Shown here in pieces: positions 11,590-22,643 of a stretch of 64,000 nucleotides of DNA. Position 1 is the first letter of the stretch, and the number at the start of each line of letters is the position of its first letter. The stretch spans positions 3,658,001 through 3,722,000 of the forward strand of contig CM030333.1 of assembly GCA_017654855.1 (NCBI GenBank). The letters run 5' to 3'. Both the position numbers and the translations under genes were made by a program. This DNA comes from Podospora anserina. Its lineage: Eukaryota. The notes below the pieces were generated by a model. The model worked only from the letters and a program-made list of their open reading frames with translations, was not told the origin of the DNA and made no database searches.

Positions 11590-12618
11590 TTAAAACCGCG
11601 GCCTTTTACTAGGAGCATCACCGCCACTGCCCCTCGACTCCCGCGCTCTCTTCCTCTCAAGCTCCTCCATCATGATCCTCTCCCCAGCACTCATCTTCTT
11701 CGGCTGCGCAACCATGACCTTCTTGGGCGCCCCAGCAAGCGCGTTCCTGAACACATTCTTCGCCGCCGGTGGCTTAACCCCAAACTTCAACGACACCTTC
11801 GCCGGTGGTGCCGCCGCCGCCGCCCCCTCAGCAGGCTTACCCTCCCCCTCCTTTATCTCCCCCTCCTTCTTCTCCCCCTCCTTCTTCTCCCCATCCTTCT
11901 TCTCCGCCTGGTCCTTCCCCTCAACCTTCTCTTCCCCCCCACTCCCCGGCGTCGGCGTCGGTGTCGTACTCTCACCCTTCTTCCCAAAACTCAACTTAAT
12001 CCTCTCCCCCTCCTCCCTCCTCAACTCTTTTTCCCTCTCCCCCTCCAAATCCACCCCCCTCTCCTCCGCCTCCCTCCTAGCCCGTTCAATCTGCCCCCTC
12101 AAAACAGCCATCTCCCTCTCCTCATCCCCCTTGTCCATCATCTCCCTCCTCCTAACCGCCTCCCTCCTCCTCATCGCCTCAGGACTGTCATCCACCCAAG
12201 CAATAAACAACCCATCCTCCTTCTCCACAACCCTACAAATCCCCTCCCGCCCAATGTACTTCACAAACTCCGTCAAGCTATGCCACCTCGTCGCATTCAA
12301 ATGAACATGATCCTTCTTTGCAATCACCTCCTGATAGAATTTATTCGCGTGAATCTCCTTTTCTCCATGGCTCGTCTTGAGAAGGGAGATAAACTCTTGT
12401 TGGAACGCACGGGAGTAATCGTCGGTGACTTGCTTGATGTTTTGCCCTACAGACAGCGCGCGCCGGGTGTGCGATTCGGACTGGCAGTGCATCTTGAAGG
12501 CGTTCTCGTCTCTGCAGGCTTTTTCGCAGATTTGGCAGAACCAGCGGAGGCGCGTGAGGCCTTTTTGCTTCATCTTGTTGGAGAGGTATTTGGTTGAGCC
12601 GACTTCTGCTTTGCCCAT
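11590..12618 (-). CDS. RTS2: KIN17/Rts2 zinc-finger protein
   Basis: KGLTRLRWFCQICEKACRDENAFKMHCQSESH zinc finger; HVHLNATRWHSLTEF. Confidence 0.9.
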   Translation of the reverse strand: MGKAEVGSTKYLSNKMKQKGLTRLRWFCQICEKACRDENAFKMHCQSESHTRRALSVGQNIKQVTDDYSRAFQQEFISLLKTSHGEKEIHANKFYQEVIAKKDHVHLNATRWHSLTEFVKYIGREGICRVVEKEDGLFIAWVDDSPEAMRRREAVRRREMMDKGDEEREMAVLRGQIERARREAEERGVDLEGEREKELRREEGERIKLSFGKKGESTTPTPTPGSGGEEKVEGKDQAEKKDGEKKEGEKKEGEIKEGEGKPAEGAAAAAPPAKVSLKFGVKPPAAKNVFRNALAGAPKKVMVAQPKKMSAGERIMMEELERKRARESRGSGGDAPSKRPRF

Positions 12619-13307
12619 GGTTGATGAAGAAGGGGGAACTCGCTGCGCGCGAGCCGAGCGGAGGTAGAAGGGTAGGTGGGTGGTTTAAATGACGGGAATG
12701 GTCGTCGCGATTATTTGACGAGGGTCGAGGACTCGAGGTTTGGTGGGTGATGCGAAAGTCGAGTTTGCGACAGGTTTTGGGAAGCGTGGAAGTTTGAAAG
12801 GCGTGAATGCGAGGGGGAAGCAAAGTCGCCCCCACAAGGCTGATTGATTAACTGGCTGGCCTGAAAGGCTCGGCGCCGGAGCTCTTTCACAAACCCTAAC
12901 CCGATTTTGATCAAGCAAGAGGGCAGAACAGTTACTAAATGATGCTCGCAATATTCACACATAGACACCCGGTTTATCCAAAACCTTCCATGTATGATTC
13001 CTTTTAAACATATGCTGTAATAATCCCTTCGAAGTCCACTCCCTCCCTTCCGCACGCCTACCAGGCGCCTCCCTGTCTCTCATCTACAGCCCCTTCCCAA
13101 GGTATCACCTCTTGCTCTATCGCACTAATCATCTCTTAAAGCAAACGCCATGCTTTCTTGCCTCAAATTATCAACCCCCGCTCTATCATCTCTAACCCCA
13201 GCACCCCCAATCAATCAAGTGCGTGTTCCTGTCTTCACCATTGCCGCCCATGTTAGCTCCTCTGTCCCTTTCTCGGAAAGAGCAAAACTGCAAGGTTGCT
13301 TATCGGT

Positions 13308-15303
13308 TTAGTTCCCATACTCAAGGAAAGTAAACAAGCTCGTGTGCAGGATATTCATGGCCCTCTCAGCATCCCGCGATTCTATCACGCACGAGATGTT
13401 GATCTCGCTGGCACCTATACATAGTTCAATCAGTCAGCATATGATATGTCCCACAAGTGCCCTTGCACTCTGAAGGCAAAACATACCCTGAGAAATCATC
13501 TCGATATTGATCGAATTCTCACCCAACGTCGAAAACATCTTGCCCGCAATACCCCTCATGTTCTTCATCTCGGCCCCCACCAGACTCAAAATCGTCATGT
13601 TGTGAATCACCGTCACATCGCCGCACTCCCTCAGCTCCTCCACAGCCTGGTTCAGGCTGTCATACTCGGAGCTGCCGTTATGTACCGCAATGGAAACATG
13701 CACCTCGCTCGTGGAGATCAAATCCACCGAGATACGCCTCTGGTTGAGGATGGAAAACACCCTCGCCAAAAAGGCGTGGGCAATCGACCTCTTGTTCGAG
13801 TGGATGTTGAGGATCGAAATCTTGTCCTTGACCGTCACGGCAGTAGGACGCTTCGGCTTCTTGCGGGCCGATGGGTCGGATGGTTTCCTCGGCCGTTGGA
13901 TCTGCTGGTCGGCGGCCAGGGTAGGGTCTGGCTTGACGATGGTGCCTTCGCCGCGGGGGTTCTTGACGTTCTTGATTCTGATGGGGATTGGGGGCTGGGC
14001 CTTGATCACTTGGTCCATGGTCAAGTGGTGGATGACTTCGGAGCCGTAAAAGGTCAACTCGGCGGCCTCGGCTGGGGTGATGGAAGGGATGAGTCTGGCG
14101 GTGGGGACCTTGGTAGGGTCGGCGGTGAAGATGCCATCAACTTCCTTCCAGATCTGAAGCTCATCAGCCCTGAGGCCGACAGCAGCCAGGGAAGCGCAGA
14201 GATCCGTGTAGCCACGGCCGATGTCACCATCCAAAAGACTTCCAGGGACGTTACCGAAGAAGCCAGTGACGACTGGTACACGGTCCTCACACGCAAGGAT
14301 CTTCTTGGCAATGACGGCGGTGACTTGACGGTAAAAGCCGGCATCGAGCCGCCCTGGGCTGTCAAGGTGTAGTACGTCAGCCAAGTCAACATACTCGGCA
14401 TCGACTCCCTATGTCGTGTCAGTATTGTTCACCGGCGCAACCTATCCCTCAACAAAACTTACCCTGTCCTTGAGCAGATAAGTCATAAACCTACAGCTCA
14501 GCTTCTCACCAAAGCTCACCACCCTGTCCTTCGCCCTCGAGTTGATCTCCAAATTGAAGCGCTTAGCAGCCAAGAGATACTCATTGAGCAAGTGGCAGTC
14601 CTTCTCCGTATACTTCTTCACGGCCACGCTCAGCTCCGCATCCTTGATAAAAGTCTCGGCCGCATCCACATGATCATCCAGTATGTCCTGAACAATGCGC
14701 TTGGCCTCCTCCAGTAGCACATCCTGTGACTCCTCATCACCAGCCGAGGCAACAATAGCCCTAAGCTTTTTGTACACCTCCAATAACCTATCCGCGCAAC
14801 AAACAAGCACGTTGTCAGTCCATCAGGTAAACTTTCAGGTAACAACAACGTGGGGCGTGCCGATCCGGGTGTGTGTGTGATGTGTGGGGGAGAGGGGTCA
14901 AGGAAAAGAACACGGGGAATGCGGGATACCCCCAAAAGGGCATGGGAATTTCCAACATTCAGACACATACATGTCTCTCCCCAAACCTGCACATTCTCCC
15001 CCGTCCCGCACTCTCACAAGCGGTCTCTCCCGAAAATTGACACCCCCAACCCATACCCCATACCCCATACCCCATACTCGACAGGAAAAAAAATCAAAAA
15101 TCAAAAACTCACCTGCTCGTGGTCCCCGTCACCTTCTTCCCCGTGCTCCTCGCCGAGCACACCACCACCAGCCGATTATTCTCCACATGCGTCCTGATGA
15201 TATCCTCCGCAATCCTATCAGGAAACTTGCCCACGCTCGTGCCACCAAACTTTTGCACCACCCACCCGTTCGTGCTGGTGTTTTTCAGTAGCGCTTGGAC
15301 CAT
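13308..15303 (-). CDS. HOM3: Aspartokinase (exons 15303-15113, 14787-14463, 14408-13487, 13414-13308; 514 aa)
   Basis: WVVQKFGGTSVGK, VVCSARS, IGRGYTDL, WKEVDGIFTADP, ELTFYGSEVIH and ACT domains (VDLISTSEVHVS, IEMISQGASEINIS). Confidence 0.95.
15043..15073 (-). repeat. (GGGGTAT)x3 GGGTT GGGGG G-run array in HOM3 intron 1
   Basis: Seen directly as ccccc aa ccc ata cccc ata cccc ata cccc on the + strand. Confidence 0.85.
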
Positions 15304-15382
15304 TTTGTCGTTGTGTTTCTAGTGTACCGGCAGGCAAAAAAAATATTGCTTCTTCCGCTTTGCTGACCCTTGCTAGTGAGGG

Positions 15383-15389
15383 TGACTCA
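15383..15389. promoter_or_regulatory. Candidate Gcn4/CPC-1 site TGACTCA upstream of HOM3 (further TGACTC cores at 15609, 16273 and 16463)
   Basis: Exact TGACTCA 80 nt upstream of an amino-acid biosynthesis gene; three more cores within 1.2 kb. Confidence 0.5.
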
Positions 15390-16335
15390 AAAAGACCGTT
15401 GGTTTTTGGCGGGGTATTCCTCAAAAATGAAGAGGATAAATAAAACGTCGAGTGAGAAACCGATGAAACGGTCTATATATCTCAACTCAACTCAATTCTC
15501 TCTCGGCTGTGTCTCAACAAGACCGGGAAGAAGGATACCACCAAAAAGCGCAATGGCTCCAATGGCTAGGCTGAGGAAAGATATTTGAATGCTGAAGAGG
15601 GTGAGTGATGACTCTTCTCTTGTCCCCTGGTCCTGAGTGAAGTGGGGAGGTGTGTAATCTTTAAATATCAACAGTTAGCGCATTGGATGCCATATATAAA
15701 AAATTCAATAAAAGAAAAGAACCCTCCCCCCACGCCCGGCTGCTGCTGTCTGTCCTGAAGAGGTGAGTGAGAACGTGCAGTTCCTCGTGGGGCTTCGGGT
15801 GAGACACATATGCCCACTACCTACTACAGTCACATGCTGCGCGGCGGGAGGGGATTGGAATTGGTAGGTTCGGGCAAGTGGAAGTATCCAGATGTTTTCG
15901 TGCTCGTGCAATGCGGGATATGACCAACCACCTCGTGAAAATGAAAATGAAGGGGTAGGTGAGGTGCAAGTACCTTTTTTATGTGGTGTATATACTGACA
16001 CCCCAAAGGTCCAGGCGCAGGTGCCGTAGGTGTAGGTAGGTGGGCGGGCAAAATCCTCGTCCAGTAGTAGCAATTGGTTTTCAATGCAGTTGTTGAAAAA
16101 AATAAAGCCACACTCCCAAAAGAAAGCGGTATAACCTCTCGGTCTAGACAACCGGAAGGGATGTTTCGCCTTAACAACCTGGGCGAGGGCTCCGCATAAA
16201 AAACCGGAGAGAGAGTGAGATATCGGAGATGGAGGGGTGGTGGTAGTAAGAAAAAAAGAACTAAGAAGCGGATGACTCCTCCGTTCAACACAAGCAATCA
16301 AGCCCCCGGTCCTGGTTCTCCAAACTGTAACAAGG

Positions 16336-16389
16336 AAGAGAGAGAGAGAGAGAAGAAAAATGTGTGTGTGTGTGTGTGAGAGAGAGAGG
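16336..16389. repeat. Compound (GA)n/(TG)n microsatellite
   Basis: agagagagagagagag...tgtgtgtgtgtgtgtgtgagagagag seen directly. Confidence 0.85.
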
Positions 16390-17440
16390 AGACACAAAGG
16401 CCGATCCGGTAAAAAATCCCCCAAGGTAATCGAGCAACAACCCACACACCCCCAATCCGACCGAGTCACAACTGACAACAACCCGGGAAGGGGAAGGGAA
16501 GGGATATCGGATGCTCGTTACCGCGCCGGTACAGGCGTCCGGGGACCGCTGCGCTTGTTAGAGACCGCCTACTTCGGAGGCAGGGTTTTCGCGACTTTGC
16601 TGTCATTCATCAGAAACTCGCTGCTGGAGTACCTAGGAGTGTGGGGCCCGCCCGCCCGCCTGTGGTGGGGTCCTGTCTGAAGTTTCGCGAACCGCCACGC
16701 TGGAGTGCATGTGAGATTTCGACAAGGAGAAATCGAGTTCCTGGCCACTTGCAGGCCACTTGTTCGTGGGTCTCGGTGGATATGAATCGGGGTTGTTGCT
16801 GTTCAAGTCTGCATCTGACGTAGTAATGGCCCTTGAACGTGAACATCACGGTCATATTTGGAAGGATACACACACGGACGGGAACATATTCAGAGAGTAG
16901 AACAATTTCAAAAAGCTCTTTCAAAATCGCCACAAAATCACGCCTTCGGGAGGCAACAATGCCTTCCACCCAGCAATCAACACCACCTAATATACAATTG
17001 TTCTCTCCTCTTCCTCTCAAGCAAAAAAAAAATGATCTTTTGGTCTAAAAGAGCTAGGTATATCCGTATATGCCCCCTTTTCGCCAAATTTTTGAACACC
17101 TTTTCCCTTTTTCTGTCTCTGTTTCCCATGTATCGAGTGGAGATTTCCGCTCACCCTGAATCCCGAATGATGTATACACATTAATCCATAAATGCAACCA
17201 CATCTTTCCTGTATATAGACAGACGCCTCTACCCATATATGAATATGCAAATTCCGCGGTGGTTAGGTCCCGTCTTTCATATGCGACGGGCACACGCGAA
17301 CAATCGGCTTCTCCGTTCTCTCAAGGAGCTCAGATATCTGGGTCCATTTAGGTGATCGCACACCAGTCACCGATCGAGCAACCCGTTAACCTTGAGCATA
17401 TCGTAAAGAGGATGTCTCCTCCCAGATATCCCTGGTTCAT

Positions 17441-19867
17441 TTACCGCTTCTTCTCCTCAACCTCCTTAACCTCCTCAGAATGCTCATCATACTCTTCTTC
17501 CTCCAAGTCCTCCTCAATCTCCTCAGCCTCGGTAATACGAGGACTGGCCGACGTGGGGACATCAGCACCAGACATTTGCCACTCCATAAGCTTGCTGAAA
17601 GCGCTGTTGGGGTTGTTGCTCAGCTCAGTGTAGCTGCCAATTTCGGCCACGGTGCCTTCGCTGGACAGAACAATGATCTTGTCCGACCGTTTGATGGTGG
17701 AGAGTCTGTGGGCAATCGAGATGGTGGTGCTGCGTCCCTTGAGCAATTCAGCAAGGGCAGAGTTGACGAGAGTCTCGGATTCGGCGTCAAGTGCCGAGGT
17801 CGCCTCATCCAGGAGCAAAATATCGGGATCCTTGAGGAGAGCGCGAGCAATGGCGATGCGTTGCTTCTGCCCACCCGAGAGCTGGGCTCCACGGGCACCA
17901 ACCTGCGTTTCCAAGCCATCAGGGAAGTCGCTGATGAAACCGCAGTTGGCCTTTTGAGCAGCCGCAATGATCTCCCATCTCTTAGCTTCGGGCCGTCCAT
18001 ACGAGATATTCTCGGCAATGGTACCCGAAAAGAGCACGGGCTCCTGTGCGACCATGCCGATGCGTCGCCTAAGCGATTTGACGTTCATTGTCGAAATATC
18101 GACGCCATTGATAGTGATAGTGCCTGACGTTGGGTTGTAGAAGCGAAGCAACATGGAGGCTACAGTCGACTTGCCACCGCCGGAAGGACCAACAATACAG
18201 ATATTGCTGCCAGAAGGAATCTCGAAATCAAGGCCGTTGAAGATAGCCACCGCCGGTCTCGTGGGGTAAGCGAAGTGGACGTTGGAGAACTTGATAGGGC
18301 CCTGCGCCGACTTGACTTTCGTACCCACAGTTTGGTGAATGCTGGGCTTTCGGTCCTGGAGCTCAAAAAGACGACTAGCAGCACCAACACCTTTCATCAG
18401 TTCCGAGTAGAAGCCGCTGACACCGAACAAACTGGACCCTGCAAAGACGGTGTACATCATAAAAGACGTCAAGTCGCCCAATGTCATGGCCCCAGTCCGA
18501 ACAAGGTTGCCTCCCACAATGAGCATGGCCAGGATAGTCATGTTGCCCGCCCAACTGGTAGAAGCGAAGAATGTGCCAGAAATGATAGCATCCCGTCTGC
18601 CGAGCGCAAAGATCTTCTTGACCTGCTTGCTGTACCGTCCAATCTCTTGAACCTCGCCGGCAAAAGCCTGGCTCGTCTTGATGTTGCCCAACCTTTCCTC
18701 TGCAATCTTCATAAGCGTGCCGACATTCTTTTGAATCTGTCGACTGAGGTTGCGAATCGAACGGCCGTACAAGACAGCGCCGATACCGATAGGAGGGACC
18801 ATAACAAGGATAATAGACGTCAGCTTCGGGCTTAGCCAAGCCATGGCGACAAACCCAGCAGCACCGCTAACCAAAGATCGAAGACCATCCGAGACGTTCT
18901 GCGTGATACTCTTGCCGACAATGACCGTATCCGAGTTGAGCCTCGAGATCAAGTCACCGACCCGGTTGGCATCAAAGAACTCGGCATCCTGAACATACGT
19001 CCTCCGGTAAAGCTGCGTCCTCAACCTAGCCACAACGCGCTCGCCAACAATTCTGAGCAGAATAATCCGCCCAAAGTTGGCAGTCGCACCAATGGTAAGC
19101 ACAGCAGCAAGTCCGCAAAAGAACTGTGTCAGAGTAAGCCCAAATAGCCTAACCTCGTCGACATCTTCCTTGGTGGAGAGATCCAGAATACGGCCCACGG
19201 AGAAGGGAATCGACATGGTGACACTGGAAGAAATGAGCAGCAGGACAAAGGCCACGCCCAGCCATCTGAGCTCAGGCCGGGCGATCTTGATCAGACGCCA
19301 GACCTCAGCCCAGCCAGGCTTGCCTTCCTGACCTTTCCCTTCCTTGGACAAGCGCGCCGCCATGTTGATGTGCGCAGCCTTGGCCGCCTTTGCGCTCTTT
19401 TGGAATCCATGCGCCTTGAGGTGCTGGTCCACCTCTTCCTCCTTTTCCTCTTGTTCCTCTTGTGTTGAAGACTGCTGGTCCTTTTTGGCAACAGCCTGCT
19501 CTGGGTTTGGTGGTGACGTAGATAACCGGCGAAGAATGTTGATCGGCGACGTCCATGTTGGCTGGGCAAGCCTAGGTCGTAGTCCGAGTGATGATTGTGG
19601 TGAACATGTTGGTGTTGCTGCCGCGGGGGTCCTCCCCGCTCCCACGCGGGAGGAGAAGTGGCGGCAGGGTTGGAGCTTTGCGGGAGCTGCGGCCGAGGAT
19701 GGCCTCAGCGTCTGGAACGCATCCCGGGATAATATAAGCGACGCTGGTGATGGTGAAGGTGCGAGTAAGGGCGCATTTGCATAGCATATCCCGCCTGCAC
19801 ATAATGTGCGTTGCGGGAGCAGAGCCGCGCGGCGAAAAGCAGCCGCTGCGACCGCCCCCGAAACCAT
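17441..19867 (-). CDS. MDL1: Mitochondrial half-size ABC-B transporter (Mdl1/Mdl2 family)
   Basis: Arg-rich presequence, transmembrane domain, Walker A GPSGGGKST, signature LSGGQKQRIAIARA, Walker B LLLDEATSALD, IAHRLSTI. MDL1 versus MDL2 cannot be resolved. Confidence 0.88.
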   Translation of the reverse strand: MVSGAVAAAAFRRAALLPQRTLCAGGICYANAPLLAPSPSPASLILSRDAFQTLRPSSAAAPAKLQPCRHFSSRVGAGRTPAAATPTCSPQSSLGLRPRLAQPTWTSPINILRRLSTSPPNPEQAVAKKDQQSSTQEEQEEKEEEVDQHLKAHGFQKSAKAAKAAHINMAARLSKEGKGQEGKPGWAEVWRLIKIARPELRWLGVAFVLLLISSSVTMSIPFSVGRILDLSTKEDVDEVRLFGLTLTQFFCGLAAVLTIGATANFGRIILLRIVGERVVARLRTQLYRRTYVQDAEFFDANRVGDLISRLNSDTVIVGKSITQNVSDGLRSLVSGAAGFVAMAWLSPKLTSIILVMVPPIGIGAVLYGRSIRNLSRQIQKNVGTLMKIAEERLGNIKTSQAFAGEVQEIGRYSKQVKKIFALGRRDAIISGTFFASTSWAGNMTILAMLIVGGNLVRTGAMTLGDLTSFMMYTVFAGSSLFGVSGFYSELMKGVGAASRLFELQDRKPSIHQTVGTKVKSAQGPIKFSNVHFAYPTRPAVAIFNGLDFEIPSGSNICIVGPSGGGKSTVASMLLRFYNPTSGTITINGVDISTMNVKSLRRRIGMVAQEPVLFSGTIAENISYGRPEAKRWEIIAAAQKANCGFISDFPDGLETQVGARGAQLSGGQKQRIAIARALLKDPDILLLDEATSALDAESETLVNSALAELLKGRSTTISIAHRLSTIKRSDKIIVLSSEGTVAEIGSYTELSNNPNSAFSKLMEWQMSGADVPTSASPRITEAEEIEEDLEEEEYDEHSEEVKEVEEKKR

Positions 19868-20898
19868 GACGAGTGCTTTCTAAGCTCGAGCTGGCTGTAT
19901 GAGAGAATTCCAAGTCGTCGTTGGGGTGGAAGTGGGCCTCGCTATCTCGAGAAGATCCAATATTCGGGGGTTGTCATGTCGACCAGGCGCAGGCCGTAGT
20001 GTGCGCAGTTGTCGGCCTCAGGGCGCGTCGACTTCCATGTGAATCACGGAGCAATGGGGGAGCGGAAGTGAATGGAAGAAAAATCGCGGCTCGGATGGAT
20101 GAGGTTCGGTCGCAGTACCGGCTGCCAAATGGGATCCCTGTCGATAAATTGCTGGGCATCGGGATTCCGTCATCCTAATCGCCGAGGCGGCAAGCGTGGG
20201 GTCCACTGTGCGGTTTGAGCCTGAACGGGCCGGATGCGGTTTTTCTTCGTGGCTTCCCGGTGCCTGCCAGGTGGCAGGTGCAATTGCTCTTGGCATCATT
20301 TAGTGTAGACATATGACCAAACTTAATCCCAAGCACTACCTACATAAGAGCCTACGAGCCTAGTCGATGCCAGTGAAGCGTAATGCCTCCGCTTGATCGC
20401 TATATAATACAGCAACAAAACTATACACCTTGAAAAGTCCTGATTCGGAGAAAAGAGGAACCTCGGAGGAAAGCCTCAACTCCAGTTCAAATTCCAAAAA
20501 CATTTGAACATAAATTGCCGTCATCTCTCAAAGTGATTTTGGGAGAGAATCAAGGTCAAGGTAGAGTGGTTTTGGTTTTGGTTGTGCTTGCGGGCGGTTT
20601 TTCCCGTCTTGCCATGCGCAGTCGCTTAAAAGAGAGAATATTTGCCCCTGAATAAGAGCAAGTTGCGCATCAAATCTACACCTTTATATGCCACCACATG
20701 TTGTACATGCGCAGAAACGGCAAATTTATATTTCACAAGATAACAGATACGCAACTCACGTAACAGGAAGTAAACCTTCAAGATACCGTTCAACCGGGTA
20801 TCATTTTTATGCTTTTTCTATATCCCACCTATCTATCATTATTTATATCTTAAAAACCCTTTTCGCCACCCTCTCTTCCATCCCTCCCTTGTCTCCGT

Positions 20899-21310
20899 TT
20901 ACTTCGTCCTCACCACCGTCGTCCCCTCCGCCGGCTCCAGCACCTTCCAGCTGCACGTAATCTTGTTCTCCTCAAACTTCTTGATGATCCTGCTGGCAAT
21001 CTCCTCAAAGTTGCTCGTCGCCAACGCCAGAATCGTCGGCCCGGCACCAGACAAGCAAACGCCCAACAGCCCCGGCTGCGTAGCAGGCGTCATGCTCTCC
21101 ACAATCTCCGTCAGCCCCGGAATGAGCGTCTGCCTGTACGGCTGGTGCAACTTATCCTGCATAGCAAGATAGATCAGCTCCGGATCAGGCGGGCTCTGGC
21201 CCAGCGCAACCGGCAAAAGCGCTATCCTCTGGAGGTTGAATGTCTGTTTCCCATAAAAATCAGCATCACTTGACCCCCCACTGTCCCTTCCTCACCCATC
21301 CAGAAAACGG

Positions 21311-21343
<33 letters not shown>

Positions 21344-22123
21344 TACCACATCGTTCCTAGGATACTCCGCCGGCAAAACCTGCCTCGCCTTCGCCGTAGG
21401 CACCTCAAACTCGGGAATGATGGCCACAGCCTTGATCTCCCCCGCCCAAGGGAACTTGATATGGTGCCCAATCCCCACCGGCGGCTCAGGAGGTCTATCC
21501 CCCGTGTCAACTCCCCCCTGCGGCGCAGGCAACACCTCACTGAGCGGGATCTCCACCCTCGCCGTGTCCTCGGGCGTCAACGGCTTCAGGTAAGTCCCCA
21601 CAAACCCGCCAAACAACGAAGCCCCAACATTGTCAGGATGTCTCTCTGACCCGTATATCAGCAACCGTTTCCCCAAATCATCCCAAAAAGACTCACCAAT
21701 CATCAAAATAAAATCAAACAACCTCTCCATGGTCAAATGGTGCAACCCGCCCACCTCCTTCCCCAACATCACCCCCGCCACAACCGCCGTCCCGCTCGAC
21801 CCAAGCCCCCTCCCCAACGGAATAGGGTTCTTGACATGGACGTGCGTGTTCTTGGGAAAGGCCCTCTGGTCGTGACACCGGAGCACGTACAGCGCCACCC
21901 TCGTGATGAGATTCACCTCCGGGTCGAGGGAAATCTCATCCTCCCCTTCCCCTTCGTATGTGATCTTGCAGTTGAGGGGGTAATTCTCTGTTGAAGATGC
22001 AGGTGGGTCGACAGTGACGTGCAGCTCCAGGAACATTGACAGGGCGAGGCCGATGACGTCGAAGCCCGGGCCGATATTGGCGGAGGAGCAAGGGGATCTG
22101 ATGACAAAAGATTGGGAGGCCAT
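20899..22123 (-). CDS. THR1: Homoserine kinase (introns 21646-21696 and 21244-21346; 356 aa)
   Basis: PCSSANIGPGFDVIGLAL, GHMP motif PLGRGLGSSG, ERHPDN, MQDKLHQPYR, LSGAGPT. Confidence 0.95.
21311..21341. repeat. Poly(A) run of 31 nt (poly-U in THR1 intron 2)
   Basis: Seen directly. Confidence 0.9.
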
Positions 22124-22643
22124 GCTTGCTGGTTGAGGAGAGAAGAAGGGGTGTTACAAAGGGGTCGTGATGTCGGGAAGAGCCGCTCCCGTCGTGTGTG
22201 TGTCACTCTCTCACAGCCAAAACGTGTGAGTGATCTGTGTAACACCTGGTGAATGAGTCGAAATATTTTTGTTGGAGAACCATCTGCCCGCGCATCCACA
22301 TCCACCCACCGGGTCAACCCCCGATCACGGAGTGTGGGGTCGCAGCCCACCCCTCCAGGGCCTGAGCGCCGCCAGCTTGGCTGAAGATGCCCCGGGCCGC
22401 TTGTAACCGCTGCAACCTACGCAGTACATTCACCTGATACTAAATTAAATTCACAATGATCAACAGTATCATGCCAAAAACACTGCTTGTATTGCATAAT
22501 AAACTAATCCTACCAAAACGTTGCAGCAAACAAGGGGCCCGAATGTGTTCCTTCATCCATCACCCACAGAAGACGATTCAGCCATCCTATCATCTCACCT
22601 CTTACGATAAATCTGTCCAGCAGCCAGAATAATAACAACTCAA

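Noticed and set aside
15606-15636. C-box-like GTGATGA with a nearby CTGA
   Set aside because: Only ~30 nt apart with no terminal stem or recognisable guide, too short for a C/D snoRNA.
15705-16481. 258-aa ORF upstream of HOM3
   Set aside because: Runs through microsatellites, with no domain or codon bias; treated as non-coding.
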